Assembly: GCA_002633005.1 (NCBI GenBank)
Contig: NMRA01000327.1
Span: 71,632 to 135,631, forward strand
Direction of reading: 5' to 3'
Source: Phoronis australis
Lineage: Eukaryota > Animalia > Phoronida
Length of the DNA: 64,000 nucleotides
Of this stretch, positions 1 through 14,036 are shown piece after piece. Made by a program: the position numbers and the translations under genes. The notes beneath the pieces are model-generated. The model made no database searches, was not told where the DNA came from, and was given only the letters and a program-made list of their open reading frames with translations. The stretch's first letter is position 1. Every line of letters begins with the position of its first letter.

Positions 1-234
1 CATAAAAAGTACAGTCTGCTAGCTAGATTGTAATCAGCTGATCATATCCGCATGAGCGAAGCCAATTATTCTCGCTCGTGACTCGATGACTAGAGCAGCT
101 TGGCGGCATCCCTTTGATCGTGAGCCGAGTGCGACTCAGCCAAGGTGGATAAATACGGTCTAGTTCAATTTTCCATACCCCACCGTTTACCTTAACCACT
201 GGGGTTAGGACCAATCTTATTTAGTGGGAATGTT

Positions 235-1489
235 CATAGCATGATGAAATTTTGCACATGTGTTTCTATCATGGATGGGATGGCATGAGCGAACTTTTGG
301 ACGGATCCGAGTATCGATGTGCCCCCTAGTGGCAATTTTAGTTTTTTACGTTACCTCTGTATCTTCAAAAAGTCCTGATTGGATTTTCAAAAAATTTGGT
401 ATATAGGCACCTATTAGTGAAATGACGCTGTCCTTCCGTTTTCATATGGGTTCAACGTAGTTTGCGCCACCTAGTGGCCATTTTTATTGTTTTCAAGTCT
501 GTTTTTTTTGCATCCACCCCTCTATCAACCAAACCACTCGAAGGATGATTGTGAAAATTGGCACCTATGTTCTGACTATGAAGTGGACGACTGACAATTA
601 TTTTCCGACGATTTCAACCAAATCGCTTTCATGATAATTCTGAAAATTGGCATGTATGTTTCTACTTTGGAGTAGATGGCTGACGATTTTCCGACGAGTT
701 CGACTACTGTGGCACCTTCTAGTGGCAGTTTTGTTTTTTGCGCTCATCGATGTATCTCCTAAACCGTTTGCAGGATCTTTACTTAATTTAGCAAGTGTAT
801 TTATATGATGTTGACAACAGACGACGACAAATTTCGGGTAGATCTAACTTTTGGTGTGCTCCCTAGTGGTAATTTTAGTTTTTTATGTTTACCAGTCTGT
901 ATCTTCAAAGGTCCTCAACAGATTTTCATAAAATTTTGAATATAGGCATCTATTGGTGAGATGATGCTATCATCCTGTTTTTGGATAGAATCGAGGTATT
1001 TTGCGCCACCTGATGGCCTTTTTTTCTGTGTTCAAATCTTGTTTTTGGCGTCCACCCCTCAATCAACCAAACCATTCTGGGGATGGTTTTGAAAATTGGC
1101 CTATATGTTTTCAGTGTGAAGAGGATGTTTGGTGATGGCGACTGACTACTGTGGCGCCTCCTAGTGCTAGTTTTGTTTTGTTTTTTGCCCATAACTGTAT
1201 CTCCAAAACCCACTGCAGGATCTTTATTAAATTTAGTAAGTGAATTTATGTGAGGATAACAGACGATGACTGTCAGGCGGATCGAATGGACGCTGTGCCC
1301 ACAAGTGGCAATTTCATTTTGTTCTGTTTTCCTTCATTTCTCTGCAGTTCCGTCAGAGATTTTATGAACTATAGCATGATTCCGTTTTTGGATGGAGTGT
1401 ACGTTTTTATGATACAAATAAATAACCCTAAAAGCACACCATTTGCGATGCATTCGTGGGCGCATTTCAATGCTCTGCGTTGCTCTTGT
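235..1489 (+). mobile_element. Helentron-associated (HINE/DINE-1-like) non-autonomous element, family A copy 1, with internal ~130-150 bp repeats
   Basis: Long similarity to 6603-7548; same 3' end (CAATGCTCTGCGTTGCTCTTGT); repeated CCCCTAGTGGC/GCGCCACCTAGTGGC units. Confidence 0.7.
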
Positions 1490-3011
1490 TCCCAACACCA
1501 TTAAATAATTTAGTTTACTCAAGGAAGACTAGTTTTTAATGACACTAATTTTGTGTCAAGATTTTATCATACCACTTTTTTACCCACATCGGTACAAAGC
1601 TGTATATTTAATATACAGCTTTGTACCAAGGCTAGTCTCCCTGATGACTGTGTCAGCTGCAGTGATTCTATTAGACAGTAATCACGGTCTCTAGCTGGCC
1701 CAGTAGAGACTGTGGAACTCCTATAGGAGCTTTATACGCCTGAAGCTTTTCGGCGAATTATGCCTCGCACTGACTAAAACATCAAAGTCATGTTTTTATA
1801 AATACCTTTTGTGCATAGAGGGACATCTTAGGAGGCCGTCGATGTATTCAATTCCTTCAAACTTGAAGAAATACTCCTTCTTTCAAAGTTTTTCTTCAAG
1901 CAGTTGTTCTGAACACAGGCGTCCTAGGCTTCTAAATGTCCCCAATACACTATGCATATTACAAGGTACGACTCTCGGGACAAGGAATTCCATGAGTGCT
2001 TCACTAGTTCAGCCGTCCATGTCAAACACAAAACTCAATAAATTTACACAAAACAGGGTTTCAACAAACCATTAGCAATTGTTCTTTCTTCCAATAACAT
2101 TCACGGTGTCCTACTCCAACGAGATTGCAACAAATTCGCAGTCAAAGCACAAAAATGTTCCCTAAAAGCCCACGCATCAGTCCTGCTTTGACGGTTCGAG
2201 GTGAAGAGGTCAAGGGACGGTACGGTAATTGCCGATTTGTCAAAACAGACCCCTTTTCACTGATTCTTGTTAGCAGATTGTGTACTTAGTCTAGTACCAG
2301 GGTCACTATAGGAATTCGAATCTTGGGCACCGTAGCTCAGGCCTGGGATCAATGGGTCTCAGTCAGTTTGAATTTATAAAGAGCGACACTCTGCAGAATA
2401 TGGGTGTCGGTAGCTGCGAGATGAGTCCTTCCATTCAACATGGTGATATCACTACCGTAATTTAGTGTGAGCAGTAATTTGACATTAAAATATTAAGGGA
2501 ACGGGGTAAGAAATATGTTTGTAAAGATAACGTTGCGAGGAATCGAATGATACGAAAAATCGTGTGTTGGTCAATGTCATCATCTTGTAAACAATTACTC
2601 TTTCGGCAGTCATGCATGATCATCTGTAGCTAGCACAATAACACCATCTTAGGGACCCTGCCAGGGGAGCTTATTATAGATCTCAGTCTTTGTAGAGCAT
2701 AGCTCTCATATATTAAATAAAGTTACTAATTCCACATTACACTCCATCTCAGTACAACTCTGGCAGAAGTCATCCCAGGTTGTCAGTCTCAACTATGTGT
2801 GTGACGTCTTCATCTATCACAAGCTGTCCTGAGATTGGCTCCTGGCTGACCTTCAATCAACCTTCAAATTAACCCTTCATTGATCCGGACTGAAGATCAG
2901 GTTAGTGGCATGCTTGAGAAACTTGCATGCCTTCTGATCTAATTGTAACTGAGATGGAATGCAAGGTGGCACAAGTCCCTTACTTATAAATAAAGTGTTA
3001 TGTTGATTCTT

Positions 3012-3518
3012 CAGGGCTTGGAATTTTCCGCGGAAACGCGGATTTCCGCTTTTTTCAAATGTGCTTTCCGCTTTTTTATAATATTTCCGCGTAAAAAAAT
3101 CGGATTTGATATAAAATTTCCGCGGCAAATTCCTTTCTTACCGCGGCGTTGCAGACGACGTTCACCTCGAAAAGCGGAAGTTGCTCTTTATGTTTCGGAG
3201 GAACGTAAATTGTCAACATTGCCGGGGCATCTGGGACAGCGTGGTGTGATTTTCAATGGCGTCTCGTGTAATTGTTAAGCGTGGCGACAAATACTACCGC
3301 TCTGCAGCCAAAAATGTGTGGGTTGGGAGTGGACGGGCGAGCTAAAAGGACGCAGACGCATGCTACTGATGGTGGTAACATTTTTTTTTTCTTTTTTTTT
3401 AGTCCCCCCGATTTTTGTCGGGAAAAGGTTCACATTTCAAGGCTGGTTATCGGGCATGATTTGGGCCGTAAAAGTTTCAAAGTTTCCGCTTTTTTGTCAT
3501 TGGTCATTCCAAGCCCTG
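3012..3518. mobile_element. hAT-like MITE with 13-bp TIR and 6-bp TSD
   Basis: TIR CAGGGCTTGGAAT...ATTCCAAGCCCTG, flanked on both sides by ATTCTT; CpG-rich TTTCCGC subterminal repeats. Confidence 0.8.
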
Positions 3519-3989
3519 ATTCTTAAAAGATCAAGATAAACTTCTCAAATACCACCATTTCATGTTGAACTCGCCTCTTAAAGACTGACTGTGTGTATAA
3601 AGGTTGTTGAAAGGTGTGTATCTTAGCAGTTGATCAGTTGTCCTGTGTATTCGTTCACTCTTAGCTGTTTCAGTTTTGGTGAATCTCCGGATGAGTAAAA
3701 ATGAGCAAAATAACTGGCGTTGATGAGTAAATTAATTATATTGTTGCTTATAATTCTACTACAAAATTAGATAAGGGTCAGGTAGTTTCTTATAACATTC
3801 TTTTTCATAACAGATGAGTTGGCCACATAAATGAATAATCATTTTCAGGTCTATACCATAGCTACCATCAGACATTGTTTTGAGAAGTTTTAGGTATTCT
3901 AAGACTTAACAAAAGATTAAGCGTGGTAATTATATTTTTCGAAATTGATGAGATTTTATCCACGTCAGTCATTATTTCATCTTTTTCAG

Positions 3990-6900
3990 GCACAGCCTCG
4001 CATTGGTGTTGCTATTGGTGACTTGGTCTTGGATTTAAATGCTGTCAAAGACATGTTTAATGGTCCTGTTATGGCTAGTCAGCGTCACGTTTTGGCTGAG
4101 GTGTGTTACAATAGAACCCGTTCTGTTTGATACGCCAACTTTCTATGCTTTTGTAAGGTGTTTTTTCAGCTCAAGGTGACAGGTTGATCTTGAATTATAA
4201 CAGTAAACTTTTAGGTATTGTTACCAAGGTGTGAAGCATTGACATTTTGTTGTTATGAAACCAGTGTTCATAATTTGTATGGTTTATTGGGAAATTTCTT
4301 CACATGCTATTATATGTGTCCACATATATATTATGTCATCTCAGTCTGGGAGTGCCGTGTCCATTGCACTTTAACCCTTTCTAGGATCTTGATGAGATTT
4401 GGCAGATGTGTTCTTATGAAGCTGACGACGACAAATGCAAGATGTTTTGAAAATTTGATGGATTTTTAAATAGTTTTATACTAAGTGACGATGAGACCTT
4501 CCCATTTTGGACGAGTTTTATTTATTCTGTGCCTTCCAATGGCTCTTTATATGATATGATATACTGTGTTTCAGTCAACTCTCAACTCCTTCATGGCTCT
4601 GGGCAGTGCTGCTTGGAGAGAGACCCGGGCCACACTGCAGAGTATGCTGAGTAAAGAGGACCCTGCTGGCCTCAAGAATAGGTAGATTTAATGTTCACTC
4701 AATTGTACATGATAATTCTTTTGACTGACTTTGACAGACTCCACAGATTTCAATGTCACAATATAAAAAATTACAGCTCTCACTTAAATGGTGAAATCCC
4801 ATGGTAGACAGGCTTAATGCTATATTAAATCAGTTTAAAGAGCTTCAGGCAAACTGTTTAATTTTTACCAGTCTAGTCTGCTTCCTACAGTCCTGAGCCA
4901 CTGCCATTGCCATAAATTGTCAAATGTAATGAACTGTTAGGCCTATTGGCTTGCTTTTGTCCTTGTCACGGCAAGAACCACCTTTAGCCCAATACATTTG
5001 AAGTGACAAAACTGTTCAAGGTAGGCTTGCAGTGAATCTGTATCATGGATAACGCTCACGGATAAGTGTTATAGCTTGTTAAGGTAATTTTATTTACATG
5101 GTGTTATACTCCTGACTTTCTGAAATGTAAGTGACAGACAGACCCCATAAGGACTGATGCAGTGGGAGTGAGGATGAGTATACAGGATGTGTGCATGACA
5201 CATATCTCTACATGAAAAATTCACACCCAATCGTCATTGTTCACAAAATGCATGGACTAATCCAATGTCAGAGAGTGCAGTACTACAATCAACCCTTCCC
5301 CTCTCCCTTGCTTTTCAGTTGAGACATAGTCGGACACCATGTGACATAGTCGGACTTCATATGACATAGCGGGAGATTATGTGGCAAATTTTCCAAGTTT
5401 GATATTGTCTAATGATTAATTACCTTAAGGCAGTCCGGAATTTACTGAATAACAACATTTTTGTCATTTACTTGACTTAGATATGTGTGCAAGTATTTTA
5501 AATGGACACTGCTATATTTTCTTTGCGTTTATTCATTTTTTTTCAAATATTGTGATATGTCATCTTAGTTGTAGATGAAGCTATGTACTTTGTTTGACAG
5601 GTCCACAGCATTCTATCGCCAAGACGATGTAATCATGCACATGCCTGCCAAGATTGGAGATTACACAGATTTCTATTCATCAAGAATTCATGCAACCAAT
5701 GTGGGAACTATGTTTAGGGGAAAGGAGAATGCTTTAATGCCCAACTGGTAAATTTTGGTCATTTTGTGTGCAATCTAGCTAAGTAAACGCGTGACAGTTG
5801 TTTACAGTAGAACAGATCAGACGACGTACTTTTTCAAGTACTTTGTATCACCTTTCTATTTGAAAATGCCAAAACAGTTTTAGCTGTGTGGCTGCTTTTC
5901 GATATCATGCTCACTGTTAACAAATATTTTCTTGAATGATTGTTTTACTTGGCTATAATATAGCCTTGCGAGTTGCATTAGTTGTTGAATGAATGATTGG
6001 TCATCTTAATAACAATAACACATTTTGTAAGAGGGACCACCTTTGTAGTTGTGTTTTACTTTTGTCAGGTAGCAGTCGGTAAACTAACCCATAAACAGGA
6101 TTAGAAGTCCATACATTGAAAGTGTAGAATTAAGTCATAAATATTGCTCTCGAATTGCACGTTAAACCTTTACCTGCTCATGTCGAAATTGCGAATGCGT
6201 GAACACCTTTGTCTGCAGAATTTAATACAGTGAATATAACGACACTAAAATCAAGCCCTTCGAAAGAACTTTCGAAAGGCAATTTTTTTCAAATGAGACT
6301 TTCTTATTTAGTCTCAAAGTGTTTGCGGAACGGTTCTGCACTTTTTGTTATCCACTTAGGGCCATAAAAAATGGTATGAAACAAATCTATACCTTACCCT
6401 AAACATGTTTACAATGTTACAGTTTTATTTCCTCCATTAGCATTTTCTTAATTAGTAGTTCAATTTTGCCATGCGGAATATTCCGCACTATTATTCAATT
6501 GAAGATTCGAATTTTTAGTAGTCGCTTATCACTCCGCCGTTTGCATTTTTCTGAGAGCACTTGAACTGAAGCATTCACTTGGCTGATTGACTGCCATTCG
6601 AGTTTTTTATGCACCCACATATTTATATGTGGTCGCATATTGCCGTCATCTCTGTCTCGGCGTCCACGGCTGTATCTCCTAAACCCCTTGCAGGATCTTA
6701 TTGAAATTTGGCAAGTGTGTTCCTATGGGGTTGACGACAGAGGGCAATGAATTTCTGGCCGACCCGAATACCACGGTGCCCCCTAGTGGCAATTTTATTT
6801 TTTTAAGTTTGCTTCTGTATCTTCAAAGGTCCTCAATTGATTTTTGTGAAATTTGGCACATAGGAATCTACCCTCTCGATTTCGAGTGGATTCAAGGGAT

Positions 6901-9900
6901 TTTGCGCCATCTAGTGGCTGTTTTTACTGTTTTCGAGTCGTTTTTTTTTTTTGGCGTTCACCCCACTAACAACCAAACCACTTTAAGGATGATTGTGAAA
7001 ATTGGCATGTGTGTTCTTACTATGAGGAAGACAGTTGACGATGATTTTTCGATGACTTCGACTACAGTGGCGCCTCCTAGTGGCAGTTTTGTTTGTTTTT
7101 GCGCCCATGGCTGTATCTCCTCAATGTTTTACAGGATCTTTATTAAATTTAGCAAATGTATTTATATGAAGTTGACAACAGACGACGACGACTTTCGAAC
7201 AGATCGGTGTACCGGTGTACCCCTAGTGGCAGTTCTAGTTTTTTACGTTTACCTCTGTATCTTCAAAGGTCCTCAACGGATTTCCATAAAATTTGGCACA
7301 TAGACATCTATTAGTGAGATGAGGCTATCCTCTCGTTTTTGGATGGATTTGTAGTTTGCGCCACCTAGTGGCCATTTTTGTTGTAAATGGCTTTCTTTTA
7401 AAGAAACGGTGACATTTTTTGGTTTTCAGACAGATTCGATTTATTTTGTGCCATCTAGTGGCCATTTCGATGATTCAAACAAAACCCCCTAAAAGCACAC
7501 AATTTGCGATGCATTCGCAGGCATGTCAACGCTCGGCGTTGCTCTTGTACATAACGTCATTAGATCAAAAACTGAGATCACAAGATGGCAGATGATTTGA
7601 TTTGTCGTTGTTAGAGAAAGGCAAAAAGAGGCAAAATATAATGGGTTAGACCGTTTGCGGTTTCCGACACATGTCAAGGGGATTTGATTTGCTGAGTACC
7701 CACATATTTAACTTGCATTTTACTCCCTTCTTTTGTATATCCATTTCACCAATCGTTGAAAAGCACTCTGATGGCCCTTCACCTCTGTTTAAGAGCCGAG
7801 TGTTGGCTAGTCAGATAGGGTAATGTTACTCAGAACCTGAAATTAAAGCATAATCTGTTTGAATCTCTTTTACATTGCTGCTGATGCAAGATTCTTCCCA
7901 TTACTCCTCACCTTCATAACTGTTGGTATTCCTATAGAGACAATTCCTTTTCACCTCACTACTCTTCCTCGTATGCAGGCTCCATCTACCTGTTGGTTAC
8001 CATGGACGCGCCTCATCTGTGGTCGTCTCTGGTACTCCCATCCATCGACCATGCGGACAGACCAGACCAGATGACAGTAAGTTGTGGAATGAAGCCACGC
8101 AATCCTGAAGCATTGCCATATTTTTTTAAAACAAAATAGATTTGCTCAATGTTATGTTTACTACACCACCAACAAACACTCTAGAACTGAGAATGGACCT
8201 GTTCAATATTGTATTACAAGTACAAACAATCATTCAGAATCCAATCGTCAACTGTCAAGGGAACTACTGTCAAGGGAAGTCAGTCAAACAAGTAAAGTTA
8301 AAAAGTTGAAGTAAACCAACTGTTTCTATTCTAGCCAAGCCTCCTGTCTTTGGTCCCTGTAAGCTGATGGATTTTGAGTTAGAAATGGCCTTCCTTGTTG
8401 GCCCAGGCAACAAGCTAGGTGAACCCATCCCAATCTCTCGTGCTCACGAACACATCTTTGGAATGGTTCTCATGAATGATTGGAGTGGTAAGTACTGAGT
8501 AATGCTGTGTGGAATACTGACTGAGTCCTTCCAATATCAGGCTCATGAACACGTATATTTGTGTTTTGAGTCATTCCCATCTCACAAGGGGCATAAGTAC
8601 ACTTTTGGTGAGGCCGCAGTTTTTACAAGTTAGTTACACATACATGTGGTAGGGTATCATTATTGTGGAAAGAGAATTAACAAAATTAAAATGGATTAAT
8701 GTTGAAAGCATTCCGTTCTTCTGTATTAAACTCTCAATGTGTTGTCTATTAAAATTAGTCAACCATCTTTAGTACTGAGTCTTTGTCTTCAGTAGCAATC
8801 AGTTCTTCCAAGCTCAGAAATCACTTTCAATCTAAAGTACAATTTGAAAAGAACTTTATATCAGTGTGATAAAATGTTATGCTACTAAAAATTGATGAAA
8901 TGGGGTGAGCAGCAGCTTCAAATGTGTTTCTCTTTGTAGCTCGTGATATCCAGAAGTGGGAGTACGTGCCTTTAGGTCCTTTCCTTGGTAAGAACTTGGG
9001 CACAACCATCTCGCCATGGGTGGTTACCATGGAAGCACTAACTCCTTTCTTGTGTTCAAACGTTGACCAGGTATGTCAAGGAACTGTCTATTTATGTAGT
9101 GAAAGTGTAAGGGAAAGTAGAGGGAACATAAAAATCGTGCCAGGATTGTGTCATACAATGTCTAGTTTGGCAACAAGCACAAAGAAATATGTTTTTAGAT
9201 GGGATGCGTGTGATGGTGGCAAAGAAACATTTAATTGTGATTGCCTAATAGTACGCTCTACATTTAGCATCATACCAAAAACAGCTAGTATTGTTCAGCA
9301 TAATCTACTAAAAGTATGACCCATGTGTGTGTGCCATGGTTTTGACATTATGTGCAAGAATACATGTTTGACTTTTTCTTACAGAGCGATTCATCTCTGC
9401 TTCCTTACCTACAACATGATGATGACTACAACTTTGACATTAACCTAGAGGTGGCTATTAAACCTGAAGATTGCACTGAACCAGCAACTGTGTGTAGGTC
9501 TAACTTCAAGGTAATGTTTTAGCAGTTTTCCTAAGTGATTCAGTAGTTATGTAGTGCTTGCTAAATAATATATTCGTTACAGTGGGTAAAGGATATTACA
9601 TGAAGGAACTGTGACTGTTCTATTGGGACCTAGTTGACACCTTTTATCTTTTTTTGTAAATTGTTTAATGTTGCAATTTACGGTACGAATGTAATTTACG
9701 GTATGAAGGCAATTTATGGTATGAATGCAATTTACATGACGAATACAATTTACAGATGAATGAATTTATGGTAGACAGTGTGTTATTGGTTGAGGATAGG
9801 CACAACAAGTTGACGTGTCATGGTGGTTTCTTTTTGTGAAACAAAGCATGTCAAAAATATAAACTTCTGTTTCTCATATAGCCTTGTTTCTTGTCTGACA

Positions 9901-12900
9901 GCCTGTAACATTGGCAGTCCTGCAGATTATAGATTTTTTTATTGTGGCCAAAAAGGATACGTTTGCTGGAATTCATGATAGTGAAGTCTGGTTGGTTGAA
10001 CTCTAGATAAGTTTATGATCATTCATGAGTCTTCTCACATGGTTGGTTGATATGTGCATGAAAGAATATATTGGCCTGTTTTGTCTCCTGTTGTACTATT
10101 AAACACAAATTGTTACAGATGCTTCAAAGTCACGCTAACAACCAGCTGCCAACATATTTTCTGGAAAAAAACAATCCCTTATTTGGTTTAGTGTACCTCT
10201 TCACTACTACGTATGCCTAAGATGTTGTCAGTATTGTCTTATTTACAAATTGTTAATTCTTGAAGACAATTGATTAATTTGTTAATTGTTTTCTGCAGCA
10301 TATGTATTGGACAATGAAGCAGCAGCTGGCTCATCATTCTGTGACTGGATGTAACATGAACACTGGTGACTTACTGGGCTCTGGTACCATCAGTGGACCG
10401 GTCAGTTCTTAACTTGATATATTAATAAGAGTATCTATCATGCGCCTGCATTCATATAAGTTTGAGCATATTATGCCCTCATCCCTGACTGTCCAGCGTC
10501 TACTGCTGTATCTTCAAAACCCATTGATGTATCATCATAAAGTTTTCGATTTGTTACTATCACAGATGTGACATCATGAGCAAATTTTTAGATGATACAG
10601 GCGACCGTTGTGTCCCCTAGTGGCAATTTGTTTTTTTGTGTAAGAAATGTTTATTCAGTATAAATCCTACTGGTCTCGCATAGGGTTCTGTTAAGAAAGA
10701 AAGAAAATATCAAAAATTAGTTAACAAGATGGCATAAGAAGAATTAATAAATGTCTTCAATTAAAATGTTAAGTTAGTTTTTTGCATTTACCATTTTTTA
10801 TTGTTTTCGAGTCAACGTTCGCCTCTCTATGGGCCAAACCATTCAAAAATGTTTGTTGGTATATGTGTTTCTGCTCGGAGGAGCATGGCTGAAAATGATT
10901 TTTGGACCTCTTTGACTACTATGGCGTCTCCTAGTGGCATTTTTGCATCAGGGTCTTTGTGAAATATGGCAATGGATAACAATGACTTTAAAATGTTTTC
11001 CTCTGTATCTCTGGAGTTCCTTGATGGATTTTCATGAAATTTGGCAGGGAGGTTTCCATTAAAAGTGACTGTAATGCCTTCCCATTATCGGATGCATTTG
11101 ACATATTGTATGTCACCTAGTGGCAATTTTTGTTGTTTTTGAGTCTATTTTTTGGCAACAGGCTCTCTCTCTCTCGGCCAAATCATTCCAAGGATCATCA
11201 TGTAAGTTGTCTTATGTGTTTCTCTCAGGAAGTGCATGGCTGACGATTATTTTCAGACAGGTTCAAGTGCTGTGGCTCAATATCTACAATCTTGATGAAT
11301 CTTCTTGAAATTTGTGTGTTTTTATTGAGGAAAGTACAGCTGATGTGGTTTTGGGTAAAATTAGACTACTGCAGAGACCCATAGTGGCAATTTGGTTTTT
11401 CTTACTTTGCCTTTGTCTTGAAATTTATCAAGTTGCATCAGATATTCATGAAATTAGGCAAATAAGTGTCTATCTTGTAGTCTACAACACAAGCCCTGTT
11501 TTAGACGGATTTGACATATGTTGGGCCCCATAGTGGCCTTTTTATTGCTGTGTGCTTTGGCTCTCTTATCCTCCAAACTGCTTGATGAAATGATGAAAGG
11601 TGACAGGTGTGAACCTATTTAGGAGAGTATTGCTCTCTTGCTTAATTTGCCCCCCCTAGAGGATGTTTTGAGTTCACTGACATTGCGCTGTTTAGTGGGA
11701 ATGTTTGAAATAATGGTCATCCTTTATTTCTGTGCTGTATGCAATACACACTGTGTGCGTAGGCCCATGCTCTGCGTTTGCTCTTGTTCAATAAGACAGT
11801 TAAAGCAGTAGCCAAAATATAATAGGGGTTCAATTGTCATTATGTAAAGGGTCTCTATCTGTACACCTGTGAGTGAACTTCTTACTCGTACGTATAATTG
11901 GAATAATTAATGTTAATTATGAATACAGTTAGAGAAAATATTATTTCAAACTATTGACACATTCGACTGTCATTATCAAATAATCAGTTTTGTGAGTCAG
12001 TGAAGTAATGCAGTAGAAGAAAATTTCAATAAAGGATGTCTCTTAGTCCAAAATCTGTGGCTTTCCTAGATATTATAGTCACAAAGACTGAAATGAATGA
12101 ACACTTGCATTTTAATTAATAGTCAAAACAATGCTGTAAATGTCAAAAATGACAATTTAAGGTTATGTAGGACCTTATTTTCAAGTCTGTACATTAAGCC
12201 AAATATCAACAAAACTATAGATTTTAACATGTCAAAAGTATATATTTTGTGGAAGTTGAAATTCTGCCACTATTTAGTTCACGTCACCTTGCTTTGTAGG
12301 AAAATTTAACAAAAAAAGAAAGGTGCATTTATTGCAAAGCAACAGGATCTTGACTTACCAGATTTCGTATGATAAAGTGTTCAAGATAAAACTCAAAAAT
12401 TCTGTTACAGTTTTCTATTAAATTTTTGTTTCGTTTTCATTTTATGTAAACTAGAAATCAAATAAGCCCCTTGTGCATCATTTAAAAAACAATTCTTACA
12501 ATGGTTTGGAGAACAGTGTGTGAAGCAGAACATCTGAAAGTTTCAGATGAATCTGATTTATAGTCATTTCTGAGATACGATGTTCTAAAGTTGACCAAAA
12601 GTGAACAATTTTCGAGGGTCCTATATAACTTAGTTAACGTAGTTAGTTGAAGCACCTCATTGCATAAGCTAATAACAATGGTCCTCGTTTTCACTGTCCT
12701 TCAGAAGATGTAGGTCGTGAATGTATGGCCAATCAGTTTCAGAGATATGTGTCATGTGACTTGATGTTCCACTTACCACTTTCAGGAGGACAGTTCATTT
12801 GGCTCAATGTTGGAGCTGTGTTGGAAGGGAACAAAGCCTGTTGATCTGGGCAATGGTGTGACACGCAAGTTCTTACAGGATGGAGATGAAGTCATTATGA

Positions 12901-14036
12901 CAGGTATAGTTGTATAGTGACCTGCTGATAGTAGCTCACTGTGTTTGTGGCAAGTGTCTGGGTTCCACATTTCACTAACTGGCCAAAAGCACGAATTTCA
13001 ATCCTGACACTGTGGTAACTGCTCATGAATCTCATAACATTCAATAGCACTCATAGACAGTTTTCAAACAAAGATTTTAAACCTGTCGTAATGAACGACC
13101 TCACCAGAACAGTTAATCTGTGTTATGTAGTATTATTCTGCAACACCAGAACAGTTAATCTGTGTTATGTAGTATTATTCTGCAACACCAGAACAGTTAA
13201 TCTGTGTTATGTAGTATTATTCTGCAACACCAGAACAGTTAATCTGTGTTATGTAGTATTATTCTGCAACACCAAATCATAGTACTGACATGATATTACA
13301 CCACAAAAATTGTTCTTAAAATATTTACAACAATTTACACACTTCCATATAATTGTTCACATTGTTGCTATATGTTGCATTTCTATTTGTTTAGTTTCAA
13401 AAGTAAAACTATGTGTTTAGTGTGCAAATGCCAAATTAATCTTCAGAGGTTTCTTAACTATGACCGGTGTTTAGCAGAGTTGATAGCAGTCCTTGGATTG
13501 CGCCATTGATCGTTTTACAGATAGTGAAGATTGGTGTGTGCATGCGTGTGTATGCCAAAGCATAGATCTGTGGGATAAGAGTCCCCTAATTCAGAAAGTA
13601 TCACCCAGGTGATAGTCTGCTTGATAAGCTGAACTTGGTCTTGGATGAATTCCAACCATTTAATCGCATCTGATAAAATTGAAATTTGGTCTGTTTGAAA
13701 AACTACTAAAGTGAAGTGTTATCTACAGATCTCTACATCTACTGACAATACTGCTCAGGATGAATACGATCACTCAATAGGTTGTGTATCTGTCTAATAC
13801 TAACCATGAAAAGGTCAGTTATAACATAACGGAAGTATATGCATCTCCCATACCGGATGCTGCTTTTTGTGTTTTAACTTCTTAGAAACACAACGTTGAA
13901 GAGTACTTTACCACTGTAGTCATTTCATTTGCTTGCCATTAACAAGTTTCAAACTGTTGCAGGTTACTGCCAGGGTGATGGTTTCCGCGTCGGTTTTGGA
14001 ACTTGTACAGGAAAGGTCCTTCCAGCTAGGATATGA
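3990..14036 (+). CDS. FAH: Fumarylacetoacetase (5'-partial; 10 exons seen: 3990-4100, 4575-4681, 5601-5747, 7979-8076, 8335-8487, 8940-9070, 9385-9510, 10299-10400, 12786-12903, 13963-14036)
   Basis: Spliced translation gives [105 protein letters not shown] and [14 protein letters not shown]. All introns are GT-AG, phases are consistent, and the 1167 nt are in frame to TGA. No exon for the expected N-terminal ~27 aa was found in 1-3989. Confidence 0.96.
4305..4440 (+). mobile_element. 5' fragment of family A element
   Basis: Matches the start of copy 2 (GTCATCTC...AGGATCTT...ATTTGGCA...GTGTTC...TGACGAC). Confidence 0.5.
6603..7548 (+). mobile_element. HINE-like element, family A copy 2 (apparently full length)
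   Basis: Starts TTTTTTATGCACCCAC, has an internal tandem subrepeat array, and ends with the hairpin CAACGC-TCG-GCGTTG (7527-7541) then CTCTTGT. This is the layout of Helentron-derived non-autonomous elements. Confidence 0.72.
10435..11788 (+). mobile_element. HINE-like element, family A copy 3 (diverged)
   Basis: Degenerate CCTAGTGGC units; 3' end GCTCTGCGTTTGCTCTTGTT. Confidence 0.62.
13102..13274. repeat. Perfect 42-bp tandem repeat x4
   Basis: CACCAGAACAGTTAATCTGTGTTATGTAGTATTATTCTGCAA x4 plus CACCA. Confidence 0.95.

Noticed and set aside
2421-2460. ATG...GTAA as FAH exon 1
   Set aside because: Translation MSPSIQHGDITT lacks the conserved DFP..NLPYGVFS motif; the true exon 1 is probably upstream of the window.
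6701-7303. 200-aa ORF
   Set aside because: Lies inside a family A repeat; sister copies do not keep the frame.
13102-13274. CRISPR-like appearance and ORF 13025-13282
   Set aside because: Units are contiguous with no unique spacers, the context is a eukaryotic intron, and the ORF is a by-product of a 42-nt period.
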